A stretch of DNA of 64,000 bases from Mobula hypostoma. Taxonomy: Eukaryota. The position numbers and the translations under genes were made by a program. The stretch spans positions 201,130,001 through 201,194,000 of the forward strand of contig NC_086097.1 in NCBI RefSeq assembly GCF_963921235.1, read 5' to 3'. The notes below the pieces were generated by a model. It was not told the DNA's origin and searched no databases. It saw nothing but the letters and a program-made list of their open reading frames with translations. Positions 50,380 through 61,085 of the stretch are shown one piece after another (within the stretch, counting starts at the first letter, position 1; each line of letters opens with the position of its first letter).

Positions 50380-51107
50380 GATGGTATGTGGAAGAACTAT
50401 TGGACAGACCAGAGCCTAAGCTTCCGCTCCACATTCAAAGGCTACTGGTGATGGTGTGGTCAGATGCTGGACTCACAGACCAGGGAGACATTCGGGATCC
50501 CATCATCAGTGACACCAGAGTTCGAGGCCTAGTTTCTGAGACCTATCATCAGTGAGTCCAGTGTCTGAAGCCAGGAGCTCGAGCTCTCCCTCCTCCAGGG
50601 TCCTCATCTGCCATCACTGGCGAGTCCTGGATCAATAGCAAAGGTTGATCAGAGGTCCAGATGGAAGTCCTTAGATTGATCAGAAGCCTGATGGTCGATT
50701 GGATGCCCAGACATTGAGACCTGATTGCTGGACCCTGGGTCTGCGAAGCTCTGTGAGTCTGCTGGGTAAGGCATGGCCAGTGTCTGTGAATCCATGAGTC
50801 TATTGGAGGCCAAAGAAGACAGACTGCCTTTGGAGTTAGAGGAATGTCTATGTGTCTGGTTCAGTGGGAGAGAGGGAGGGAAAAATGGGCTTTCTTCACT
50901 GTTGTTGCTTTGTCACTTGCTCTATTCTGTTTTGTTCTGTTCTGCTGAGCATTGCAGGGAACCTATGTTGGCACTGGAGTGTGTGGCAACACTGTGGGCT
51001 GCCTATAGCATGCCCTTGGATGTGTTGCTTGTTAACACAAATGACACATTTCACTGTATGTTTCAACGTATGTAATAAATAAATCTAAATCTGAAATCTG
51101 AATCTAA
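50380..51107 (+). repeat. Unclassified non-coding retroposon with an AATAAA-(AATCTG)n tail
   Basis: GC-richer body ending aataaataaatctaaatctgaaatctgaatct. The 5' end is uncertain. Confidence 0.5.
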
Positions 51108-51834
51108 AGTTTGCACTAAGTGTCAGGCATGTAATCCTATTGTGTTCTCCCCATATTCTCATTAAATCTCCACTGAATCTTTTTCTCACCTCCACTCCAG
51201 GGACAATTTGCCGTGGCCCGTTAACCTACTAATCTGTATGTCTTTGGGATGTAGGAGGAAACTTGATCATAGGGAGAATATGCAAACTCCACTCAGACAA
51301 AACTGGAGGTCAGGATTGAATACTGGTCATTGGAAATGTAAGAGCAGGTCTACCAGCTGCCCTGTTGTAATTTTCATGACTTTAGCTTCCAATGTTGCGA
51401 ACAACCTCTCCAACAGAAAGATTACCAACTCCTATCTTAGGACTATCATTCAACCTTGTCCTTTCTTTGGTATATTCTATTGCTAAAACCCTCAACAATC
51501 CTCGATTGCCTGCGGGATTGACTATTTCACCACCGTCCTGGCTGATTAAGACACATATGCAAACTCTGCTGGCCATAGCACGGTCTCCAACAAGGCTTGC
51601 TCAACTCATCACTCCTGCACATTGCGAGTGTAATGGCTACTAGCCATATCAACACTCAAAATTAAAATTTTCACCCATGTCCAAATAATTTCATTTAGGA
51701 TTTCTCCTTTAAACGTGGCTGCCTTTCCACTACCAGGTCCTTTAAAGCACTCAATAAATCCTTCATTGTCAAACCACATAATTTCCTCTCTTAATGTCTC
51801 CTTCTTTCTTTCTGATTACATTTCTGTGGTATTT

Positions 51835-52350
51835 GGTACATTTGGTATGGGCCTCCAAATCCTAAGAACTTTCCACAGGGGCACGATTGAGAGCATCCTG
51901 ACTGACTTCATCACTGCCTGGTATGGGAACTGAACTTCCCTCAATCGCAGGACTCTGCAGAGAATGGACAGCCCAGAACATCTGTAGAACTTCCCACTAT
52001 TCGGGACATTTACAGAGACAGGTGCATAAAAAAGGGGCTGAAGGATCACTGGGGACCCGAGTCACCCCGACCACAAACTGCTCCAGCTGCTACCATCCAG
52101 GAAACTGTACCACAGCATAACAGCCAGGACCAACAGGCTCTGTCTGGGACGGCTTCTTCCACTAGGCCATCAGACTGATTAATTCATGATGTTACAATTG
52201 TATTGACTGTCCTGTTGTACATACTATTTATTATAAATTACTATATATTGCACAATTGCACATTGCAAATTTAGACAGAGACGTAACATAAAGATTTTTA
52301 CTCCTCATGTATATGAAGGATGTAAGTAATAAAGTCAATTCAATTCAATT
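51835..52350 (+). mobile_element. Rex1/Babar-like 3' fragment
   Basis: ILRTFHRGTIESILT.FITAWYGN motif and an AATAAAG(TCAAT)n tail. Confidence 0.85.
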
Positions 52351-52351
52351 C

Positions 52352-52872
52352 CTGGTTACCTCACTACAGGAAGGACATAGAAGCCATAGAAAGGGTGCAG
52401 AGGAGATTTACAAGGATGTTGCCTGGATTGTGGAGTATGCCTTATGAAAACAGGTTGAGTGAACTCGGCCTTTTCTCCTTGGAGTGACGGAGGATGAGAA
52501 GTGACCTGATAGAGGTGTATATGTTGATGAGAGGCATTGATCATGTGGATAGTCAGAGGCTTTTTCCCAGGGCTGAAATGGTTGCCACAAGAGGACACAG
52601 GTTTAAAGTGCTGGGGAGTAGGTACAGAGGAGGTGTCAGGGGTAAGTTTTTTATTCAGAGAGTGGTGAGTGCGTGGAACAGGCTGCTGGCAATGGTGGTG
52701 GAGGTGGACACGATAGGGCCTTTTAAGAGACTTTTGGATAGGTACATGGAGCTTAGAAAAATAGAGGGCTATGGGTAAGCCTGGTAATTTCTAAGGTAGG
52801 GACATGTTCGGCACAACGTTTTGGGCCGAAGGGCCTGGATTGTGCTGTAGGTTTTCTATGTTTCTATGTTTC
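52352..52872 (+). mobile_element. CR1 3' fragment
   Basis: MRSDLIEVY..TRGHRFK..FFIQRVVSAWN motif and a (TTTCTATG)n tail. Confidence 0.9.
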
Positions 52873-52962
52873 AATTAAACACCATGGATTGTTTTGCTAC
52901 ATATTATTGAAAACTGCTTTTATAAAGTAGCTTATGTGAGAGTGAAAGCTTTGAAAGATGAA

Positions 52963-53107
52963 TAAACTCTTCTTGGGCTTCCATCCGGATACAGTTATCA
53001 GTTATAACTGACATTTCCTTGAAAAACCTTGCCATCTTCTTCAAGGATCATCAAAACGTTGGTTATAATTGATACCCATACCTGTCTGGAAGCTTGAGAA
53101 GAATTTA
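52963..53107. repeat. Degenerate fold-back repeat, probably the terminal repeat of a second Penelope family
   Basis: Arms 52963-53016 and 53054-53107 align as reverse complements without gaps. A decayed hammerhead-like motif lies on the minus strand. Confidence 0.6.
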
Positions 53108-54014
53108 CACCAGGAAAGCACTAGGACCTTTCTCGTTTTGTGATGCCTACCTATGACACTGGAGGTGTATTTGGGCTTGAGTGCACAAAGTGGTATAAGA
53201 CCAACTAGTGATTCTTAATCTGATGGCCATTTTAGCTGTCTTAATTTCCAATGCAGGCATCAGGTGTATAAACAATATCGCATCAAATCACTTTGCAAAT
53301 TTATCTTCTGATGTTATTTTCATAGGTGGTTTACAAGGTACAATGTAGATTAAACGTGTTTCCTCCTTAATTCTAATTGTTTTCTCTTCTTCATACTTAT
53401 TTTGCTCAAAAGCTAAATTAGACCCATTTTTTAGAAAAAGCTGATATGGACAGGGGCTTCACACATAGGAGATGAAGGTAAAGAGAGCTCTAATGCTCTA
53501 GTACATATTTCTACATTGAGCACCAAACTACATGGACTAATTGCTCATCTTTTTTAATGTTTATGAAACTTTGTTCCGCTCTGCAACACTAATCTCAGAA
53601 TTTGCATACATAACAACCCAAGTTGCATTTCAAAAGTAATTCACTAGGATACCTTGAGAACATGATAAATGATATATAAATTATCTTTTCAAGCTATTTT
53701 GACCTATCTTCATTTTTTAAAAATTTTGGCCTGGTACTCCTTTGTTGTAATGTAGTCTTATAGTTATGCAGAATTTACAGTGCCTATAACAAGTATTCAC
53801 CCCCCCTCCCCGGAAGGTTTCATGTTTTATTGTTTACAACATTGAATTGCAGTGGATTTAATTTATTTTTTACACTGATCAACAGAAAAAGACTCGTGTC
53901 ATCATGAAAACAGATCTATACAAAGTGATCTAAATTAGTTACAAATATAAACCAGCAAATAAGTGATTGCATAAGTGTTCACCCCCTTTAATATAATACA
54001 CCAAATCATCACTG

Positions 54015-55169
54015 ATGAAGTTTGCTGACAATACAACCATTGTTGGTAGAATCTCAGGTGGTGATGAGAGGGCGTACAGGAGTGAGATATGCCAACTAGT
54101 GGAACAACAACCTGGCACTCAACGTCAGTAGGACAAAAGAGCTGATTGTGGACTTCAGAAAGGGTAAGACGGAGGAGCACATACCAATCCTTATAGAGGA
54201 ATCAGAGGTGGAGAGAGTGATCAGCTTCATTTTCCTGGGTGTCAAGATCTCTGAGGATCTAACCTGGTCCCAACATATCGATGTAGTTATAAAGAAGGCA
54301 GACAGTGGCTAGACTTTATTAGGAATTTGAAGTGATTTGGCATGTCAACAAATACACTCAAAAACTTCTAAAATTGTACCGTGGAGAGTATTCTGATAGG
54401 CTAGTATGGAGGGGCTACTGCACAGGATGAAAGAAGTTGCAGGAGGTTGTAAATCTAGTCAGCTCCATCTTGGGTACTAGCCTACAAAGTACCCAGGACA
54501 TCTTTAGGGAGCGGTGTCTCAGAAAGGCAGCGTCCATTATTAAAGACCCACAGCACCCAGAGCTTCCCTTTTCTCACTGTTACCATCAGGTAGGACAGTG
54601 GTCCCCAACCTCCGGGCTGCGGACCGATATGGGGCCGCGAAGAATGCAGCGGTGCAGCAGCAGCCGACTGCGTCGCCTCTGATCTGGGCTGACATTTACG
54701 TGCCAAGCGGCACCTAATTAATTAGCTTCTTTATTTCGGCTTTTTTCTTAAAGATGTGCTGGGTGCGTTCCCGCTACCGCTGCACCGCTGCATTCTTCGC
54801 GGCCCCGTATCTGTCCGTGGCCTGGAGGTTAGGGATCACTGAGGTAAGAGATACAGAAGCCTGAAGGCACACACTCAGTGATTCAGGAACAGCTTCTTCC
54901 CCTCTGCCATCTGATACCTCAATGGACATTGAAGCTTTGGACACTATCTCACTTTTTTTTAATATACAGTATTTCTGTTTTTGCACATTTTTTAATAATC
55001 TATTCAATATACATAAATTGATTTACCTGTTTATTTATTATTATGTTTTATTTTATTTATTTATTTTTTCTGTCTCTGCTAGATTATGTATTGCATTGAA
55101 CTGCAGCTGCTAAGTTAACAAGTGTCACGTCACATGCCGGTGATAATAAACCTGATTCTGATTCTGATT
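54015..55169 (+). mobile_element. Rex1/Babar-like 3' fragment inserted in the Tc1
   Basis: Begins at KFAD and ends in (GATTCT)n; homologous to 35585-36763. Confidence 0.88.
54596..54841. mobile_element. hAT MITE (246 bp) inserted in the Rex1 copy
   Basis: CAGTGGTCCCCAACCTCC / GGAGGTTAGGGATCACTG ends with arms of about 60 bp; TSD AGGTAGGA/AGGTAAGA. Confidence 0.9.
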
Positions 55170-55333
55170 CTGGTGCAGCCAATTGGTTTTAAAAGTCACA
55201 TAATTAGTTAAATTGAGATCAGTTTTTAAAGAACTGTGTGCAGTCAAGGTATTTCAATTAATTGTAGTAAAAATACCCCTGTATCTGGAAGGTCCAACTG
55301 CTGGAAAGTCAGCATCCTGGCAAAAGCTACAGC

Positions 55334-56287
55334 ATGAAGATATAAGAACACTCCAAGCAACTCCATGAAAAGGTTATTGAAAAGCACAAGTCAGGAGATG
55401 GATGCAAGAACATTTCCAAGTCACTGAATATCCCTTGGAGTACAGTTAAGACAATCTTCAAGAAATGTAAAGAATATGGCACAGCTGTAAATTTGCCTCT
55501 AGCAGGCCATCCACAAAACCTGAGTGACTGTGCAAGAAGGGTACTTGTGGGGGAGGCCATCAAGAGACCCATGACAACTCTAGAGGAGTTACAAGCTTCA
55601 GTGGCTGAGATGGGAGAGACTGCGCATACCACAGCTGTTGCCTGGGTGCTTTACCAGTTGCAGCTTCATGGGAGAGTGGCAAAGAGAAAGCCACTGTTGA
55701 AAGAAACCTCATATGAAATCTCATTTAGTGTTTGCGAGAAGGCACGTGGGGGACTCTGATGAAACCAAAATTGAGCTTTTTGGCCATCAGACTAAACACA
55801 CATCATCAAAAACACACCATTCCTACCGTGAAGCATAGTGGTGGCTGCATCATGCTGTGGGGATGCTTCACTGCAGCAGGCCCAGGAAGGCTTGTGAAGG
55901 TAGAGGGTAAAATGAATGCAGCAAAATACAGAGCAATTCTGGAGGAAAACCTGGTGTAGTCCGCAAGAGAACTGCAACTTGGGAAAAGATTTGTTTTCCA
56001 GCAAGACAATGACCTCAAGCACAAAGCCAAAGCTACACAGGAATGGCTTAAAAACAAAGTTAATGGACTGGAATGGCCAAGTCAAACTAATTGAGAACTT
56101 GTGGCTGGACTTGAAAAGGGTTGTTCACTCATGATCCCCATGCAATCTGACAGAGCTTCAGCAGTTTTGTAAGGAAGAATAAGGGAAAACTGCAGTGTGC
56201 AGATGTGTAAAGCTGGTAAAGCTGGTAAACTATCTGTATAGACTCAAGCCTGTAATTGCTGCCAAAAGTGCACCTACTAAATACTGA
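55334..56287 (+). pseudogene. Tc1 transposase, disrupted
   Basis: KSLNIPWSTVKTI (HTH), GHP (GRP-like), SDETK, TVKHSGGCIMLWGCF, FQQDND and IENLW, with stops and frameshifts. Confidence 0.9.
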
Positions 56288-56504
56288 CTTGAAGGGGTGA
56301 ATATTTATGCAATCAATTGTTTTGTTCTTTATATTTGTAATTAATTTAGATCACTTTATAGAGATCTGTTTCCACTTTGACATGAGTCATTTTCTATTGA
56401 TTAGTATTAAAAAAGCCAAATTAAATCCACTGTGATTCAATGTTATAAAGGAATAAAACATGAAAACTTCCAACTGAAGTGTTCTTTTTATTTCTTTACT
56501 TCAG

Positions 56505-56940
56505 ACAGATGTACATGGAGCTTCGTTGCAAGAAAGCAGCATCCATCACCTGGGACTCCCTGCCACCTAGGTCATGCTCCTTCTGGCTGCTTCCAACAGG
56601 AAGAAGGTACAGGAGCCTCAGAACACACACCACGAGGTTCAGAAATAGTTATTACTCCTCAAGCATTAGGCTCTTGAACCAGAAGGGATAACTTCACTCA
56701 ACATTTTTCCTGTCACTGAGCTGTTCCCACAACCTATGGACTCACTTTCAAGGACTCTTCACCTTGTGTTCTTGATATTTTTTCCTTTGTACTTGAACAG
56801 TTTGTTGTTTTGTGCACACTGGTTATCTACCCTTTTGGGTGCAGTCTTCCATTGATTCTATAATGGCTATTGGATTTACTGAAAAATTAATCTCAGGGTG
56901 ACATATGTGCAGTTTGATAGTAAATTTACTTTGAAATTTG
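56505..56940 (+). mobile_element. Rex1/Babar-like 3' fragment
   Basis: LPTGRRYRSLRTHTTRFRNSY motif and an aaatttactttgaa tail. Confidence 0.8.
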
Positions 56941-57045
56941 AGTTGAGCTGAATCTGAACTGGCAAAAAAAAACATCCAATACACCACAGAATAATTGCTC
57001 ATTTATTCTCTTTGCAATTTCTTCATCATTTGTAGCTCTACTTAC

Positions 57046-57195
57046 CTGAAGATAATCCTTGATGCGACCTTCAGTTTTCAGCCTGTCATAGTAGATATCT
57101 GCAAGTTTACTTTTCGTGTCCAGATAAGACCCTTGTAGTTGTTTATACTCTGCGGTTTGAATAGCGTTTTCCATAAGCGCAGAAGCAAGCTTAGT
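57046..57195 (-). CDS. CCDC178: Internal coding exon (150 nt, phase 0/0) of a coiled-coil domain-containing protein 178-like gene
   Basis: Minus strand reads ttccag|ACTAAG...CTTCAG|gtaagt. The exon is open and encodes 50 aa: TKLASALMENAIQTAEYKQLQGSYLDTKSKLADIYYDRLKTEGRIKDYLQ. This resembles my recollection of the CCDC178 C-terminal region (..EN...AQEY.QLQ..FL..K.....IY...L.....I.D..Q) and joins in frame to the exon at 27083-26949. Confidence 0.85.
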
Positions 57196-60100
57196 CTGGA
57201 AAGTTACCAGAAAAAAAATGTTACCGCTTACAAGAAGATCCTTTCTTGCCATCACAAAGCTTCCATTTGCTAGTTGGATTCATCTTTAAGAATTTACTAT
57301 TTACAGTCAAAGATGTGAAACATCATTTAAAATCATGGGAAACTACCTAGGGTAAATTTTACTACCAAGGTATAAATGCAGCCCATTCGGTTGGTAAGTC
57401 AGTTATTTTTCTTCATTGAGTGTAAAGATTCAGATGATAAAACCTTGGTTGCTTGGTGAGTTGTTTTAGGTGGTAAAATTGTCTCAAATATTCAGCAGAC
57501 TGCAATCATCATGAGCAATCATTTGACTGACTGAGGCAATGCAAAGTTTGAAAAGAGGTCAGGGCCTTTCGGAACTTTTTGATGAGCTGCAAGCAATTCT
57601 CTTGAAAACCAGGCAGAGTGATAGTGATAAGACATTCAATAGTTAGGGAGGCAGCAGTAGATAGTCATAGAGTCAGAGAACACTACAGCACAGACAGGAC
57701 CTTCGACCCATCTAGTCTGTGATGAACTGTTAATCTGCCTGGTCCCATGGACCTGCACCCAGACCAGAGCCCTCCATGCCTCTCCCATCCACGTACCAAT
57801 CAAAATTTCTCTTCAATGTTGCAATTGACCCTGCATTCACTACTTGAGCTGGCAGCTTCTTCCACAGTCTTACCACTCTCTTGAGTGAAGAAGTTTCCCC
57901 TCAAGTTCCATTAAAAAGTTCACCTTTCACCCTCAACACATGACCTCTAGTTGTAGTCTCACCCAACCTCAGTGGAAGAAGCCTGCTTACATTTAACCGT
58001 CAGATTCTGAGGTTGTGAAAGCAAAGCCAGGATGATGTTTGCCTCCCATGTGCTAGGGTCCAGGATGTCTCAGAGCAAATGCAGAAGATTCTCAACAGGG
58101 AGGGTGAGCAACCAAGCATCATAGTGCACATTGGCAACAATGACAAAGGTAGAAAGGAGGAAGAGGTTCTGCACAGTGAGCATAAGGAGTTAAGGAAGAG
58201 GCTGAGGAGCAGTACCTCCAAGGTAGTAATCACTGGAATACTCCCAGTACTACATGCTAGCCAAGGGCAGGAATAGGATGATAGTACAGATGAATGAGAG
58301 GCTCCAAGAGTGGTGCAGGGGACAGAATTTCAGATTTATGGATCACTGGAAACTCTTCAAGGGAAGATATGAACTATACAAAAAGGGTGGTTTACAACTG
58401 AACCTGAAGGGAACCATTATCCTTGTGGGGTGGGTTTAAACTAATTTGGCAGGAGGAGGGGAACGGGAGTGACAGGGCTGAGAATGGGCAATTGTTGTAC
58501 AGGTTAAAATTGCAGTCAATTAAACATGGGGAAAAAATCAAAAAGGGTGATGAATACAGGACTGATAGTGTTATATTTTAATGTGTACAGTACACAGAAT
58601 AAGGTAGATGATCTCGTAGCACAGTTAGAGATTGGCAAGTATGATGTTGTGGGTATCACCGAGTTGGGGCTGAAGGAAGATCACAGTTGGCAGTTTAACA
58701 CCCAAGGATACACATTGTATCAGGCAGGTAGGCATAGAGGGTGTGGTGACTCTGTTGATAAAAAGTGAAATCAATTCCTTAGAAAGCAGTGACTTAGGAT
58801 CAGAAAATGCAGAATTCTTCTGGTAGACTTAAGAAACTGCAAGTGCAAAAAGTCCCTAATGGGACTTATATACAGGTCCCCAGATAGTAACTAAGTTGTG
58901 GGATATAAATTACAATGGGAGATAGAAAAGGCACGTAATAAGGGCAATGTTACTATAGTTATGGGGGATTTCAATATGGAAGTATTTTGGGAAAATCAGG
59001 TTGGTGCTGGATCCCAAGACAGGGAATTTAGAGAAAGCCTACAAGATGGCTTTATAGAGCAGTTTGTAGTTGAGCCCACTAGGGGAATAGCAATTCAGGA
59101 TATGGTGTTGTGTAATGAACCATATTTGATTAGGGAGTTTAATGGTAAAGAAACTTTGAGGAGGCTGCAAGAATTCACAATGCAGTTTGACAGGTAAAAG
59201 ATAAAGTCAGATGTAGTAATATCACAGTGGAGGAAAGGGAATTACAGAGGCTTGAGAGAGAAGCTTGCCAAAATTGATTAGAAAGGGACGGTATCAGGGA
59301 TAAATAGCAATGGCATAGTAGGGGAATTTTTGCATAGTGGGGGAAATTAAGGGTTATAGGGAAAAGCCAGGGAGCTAGAGATGAGTCCATGGCCATATCA
59401 GCCATGATCCTATTGAATGGCAGAGCAGGCTCAACAGGCCAGATAGCCTACTTCTATTTCTGTTTCTTATGTTCTTATGGCTGGAGTTTCTGGGGGCAAA
59501 TCAAAGATAAATCCCAAAGATGAAGAAGTACTCAATAGGGAGGATGACGCAAGCATGGGTGACAAGGGAAGTCAAAGATAGCATAAAAGCAAAAGGGAGG
59601 GCATATAAAATAGTAAAAAATAGTGAAAAGTTAGAGGTTAGGGAAGCTTTTAAATATCAACAGCCATAAGGAGAGAAAAGATGTAATATGAAGGAAAGCA
59701 AGCCAATAAAATAAAAAAGGATACCAAAGGTTTTTTTTTCCAGATATATAAAGAGTAAACCAAGGGCTAGAGTAGATATTGGACTGCTGTGAAATGACAC
59801 TGGAGAGGTAGTAATGAAGGACAAAAAAAAATGGAGAACAAAGTAGGTACCTTGTGTCTGACTTCACTGTGGAAGATATTGGCAGTATGTCACAAATTTG
59901 AGAGTGTATGGAGGCTGAAATGAGTGTAGTTGCTTTTACTAAGGAGAAGGTGCTTGGGAACTTGAAAGGTCTGATTATAGATACATCACCTGGACCAGAT
60001 TGTATACACCCCAGGGTTCTGAAAGAGGTAGCTGAAGAGATTGTGAAGGCAGTAGTTATAATCTTTCAAGAAACACTAGATTCTGGAATGATTTTGGAGG

Positions 60101-60295
60101 ACTGGAAAACTGTAAATGCCACTCCACTGTTTAAGAAGGGAGAGAAGCAGAAGAAAGGAAATTATAGTCCAATTAACCTGACTGGTTGGAAAGATGCAAA
60201 CAACAGGAATTCTGCAGATGCTGGAAATTCAAGCAACACACATAAAAGTTGCTGGTGAACGCAGCAGGCTAGGCAGCATCTCTAGGAAGAGGTAC

Positions 60296-60331
60296 AGTCG
60301 ACGTTTCAGGCCAAGACCCTTCGTCAGGACT
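60296..60331 (-). ncRNA. Minimal type I hammerhead ribozyme motif, core intact
   Basis: Minus strand reads AGTC-CTGACGA-A-GGGT-CTTG-GCCT-GAAAC-GTC-GACT. Confidence 0.75.
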
Positions 60332-61049
60332 AACTGAAGGAAGAGTGAGTAAGGGATTTTAAAGTTGGAGGGGGAGGGGGAGGGGAGATCCAAAATGATA
60401 GGAGAAGACAGGAGGGGGAGGGACGGAGCCAAGAGCTGGACAGGTGATAGACAAAAGGGGATAGGAGAGGATCATGGGACAGGAGGTCCGGGGAGAAAGA
60501 CAAGGGGTGGGGGAAACCCAGAGGATGGGCAAGGGGTATATTCAGAGGGACAGAGGGAGAAAAAGGAGAGTGAGAGAAAGAATGTGTGCATAAAAATAAG
60601 TAACAGATGGGGTACTAGGGGGAGGTGGGGCATTAGCGCAAGTTAGAGAAGTCGATGTTCATGCCATCAGGTTGGAGGCTACCCAGACAGAATATAAGGT
60701 GTTGTTCCACCTCCAACGTGATGGTATGAACATCGACTTCTCTAACTTCCGCTAATGCCCCACCGCCCCCTCGTACCCCATCTGTTACTTATTTTTATAC
60801 ACACATTCTTTCTCTCACTCTCCTTTTTCTCCCTCTGTCCCTCTGAATATACCCCTTGCCCATCCTCTGGGTCCCCCCCCCCCACCGTCTTTCTTCCCGG
60901 ACCTCCTGTCCCATGATCCTCTCGTATCCCTTTTGCCTATCACCTGTCCAGCTCTTGGCTCCATCCCTCCCCCTCCTGTCTTCTCCTATCATTCTGGATC
61001 CCCCCTCCCCCTCCAACTTTCAAATCTCTTACTCACTCTTCCTTCAGTT

Positions 61050-61085
61050 AGTCCTGACGAAGGGTCTCGGCCTGAGACGTCGACT
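61050..61085 (+). ncRNA. Hammerhead motif with a core mutation (GAAA>GAGA)
   Basis: AGTC-CTGACGA-AGGGTCTCGGCCT-GAGAC-GTC-GACT. Confidence 0.55.

Larger units (their letters stand above)
53778..56471 (+). mobile_element. Tc1 transposon (IR/DR type), decayed, with the outer end of the right TIR missing
   Basis: TA|CAGTG start. The long TIR has a repeated TTCACCCC motif (~53796 and ~53978), and its reverse complement lies at ~56290-56471. Confidence 0.9.

Noticed and set aside
56926..57255. Whole 109-aa ORF as a single-exon gene
   Set aside because: Only 57046-57195 is bounded by splice sites and protein-like; the rest is intronic read-through.
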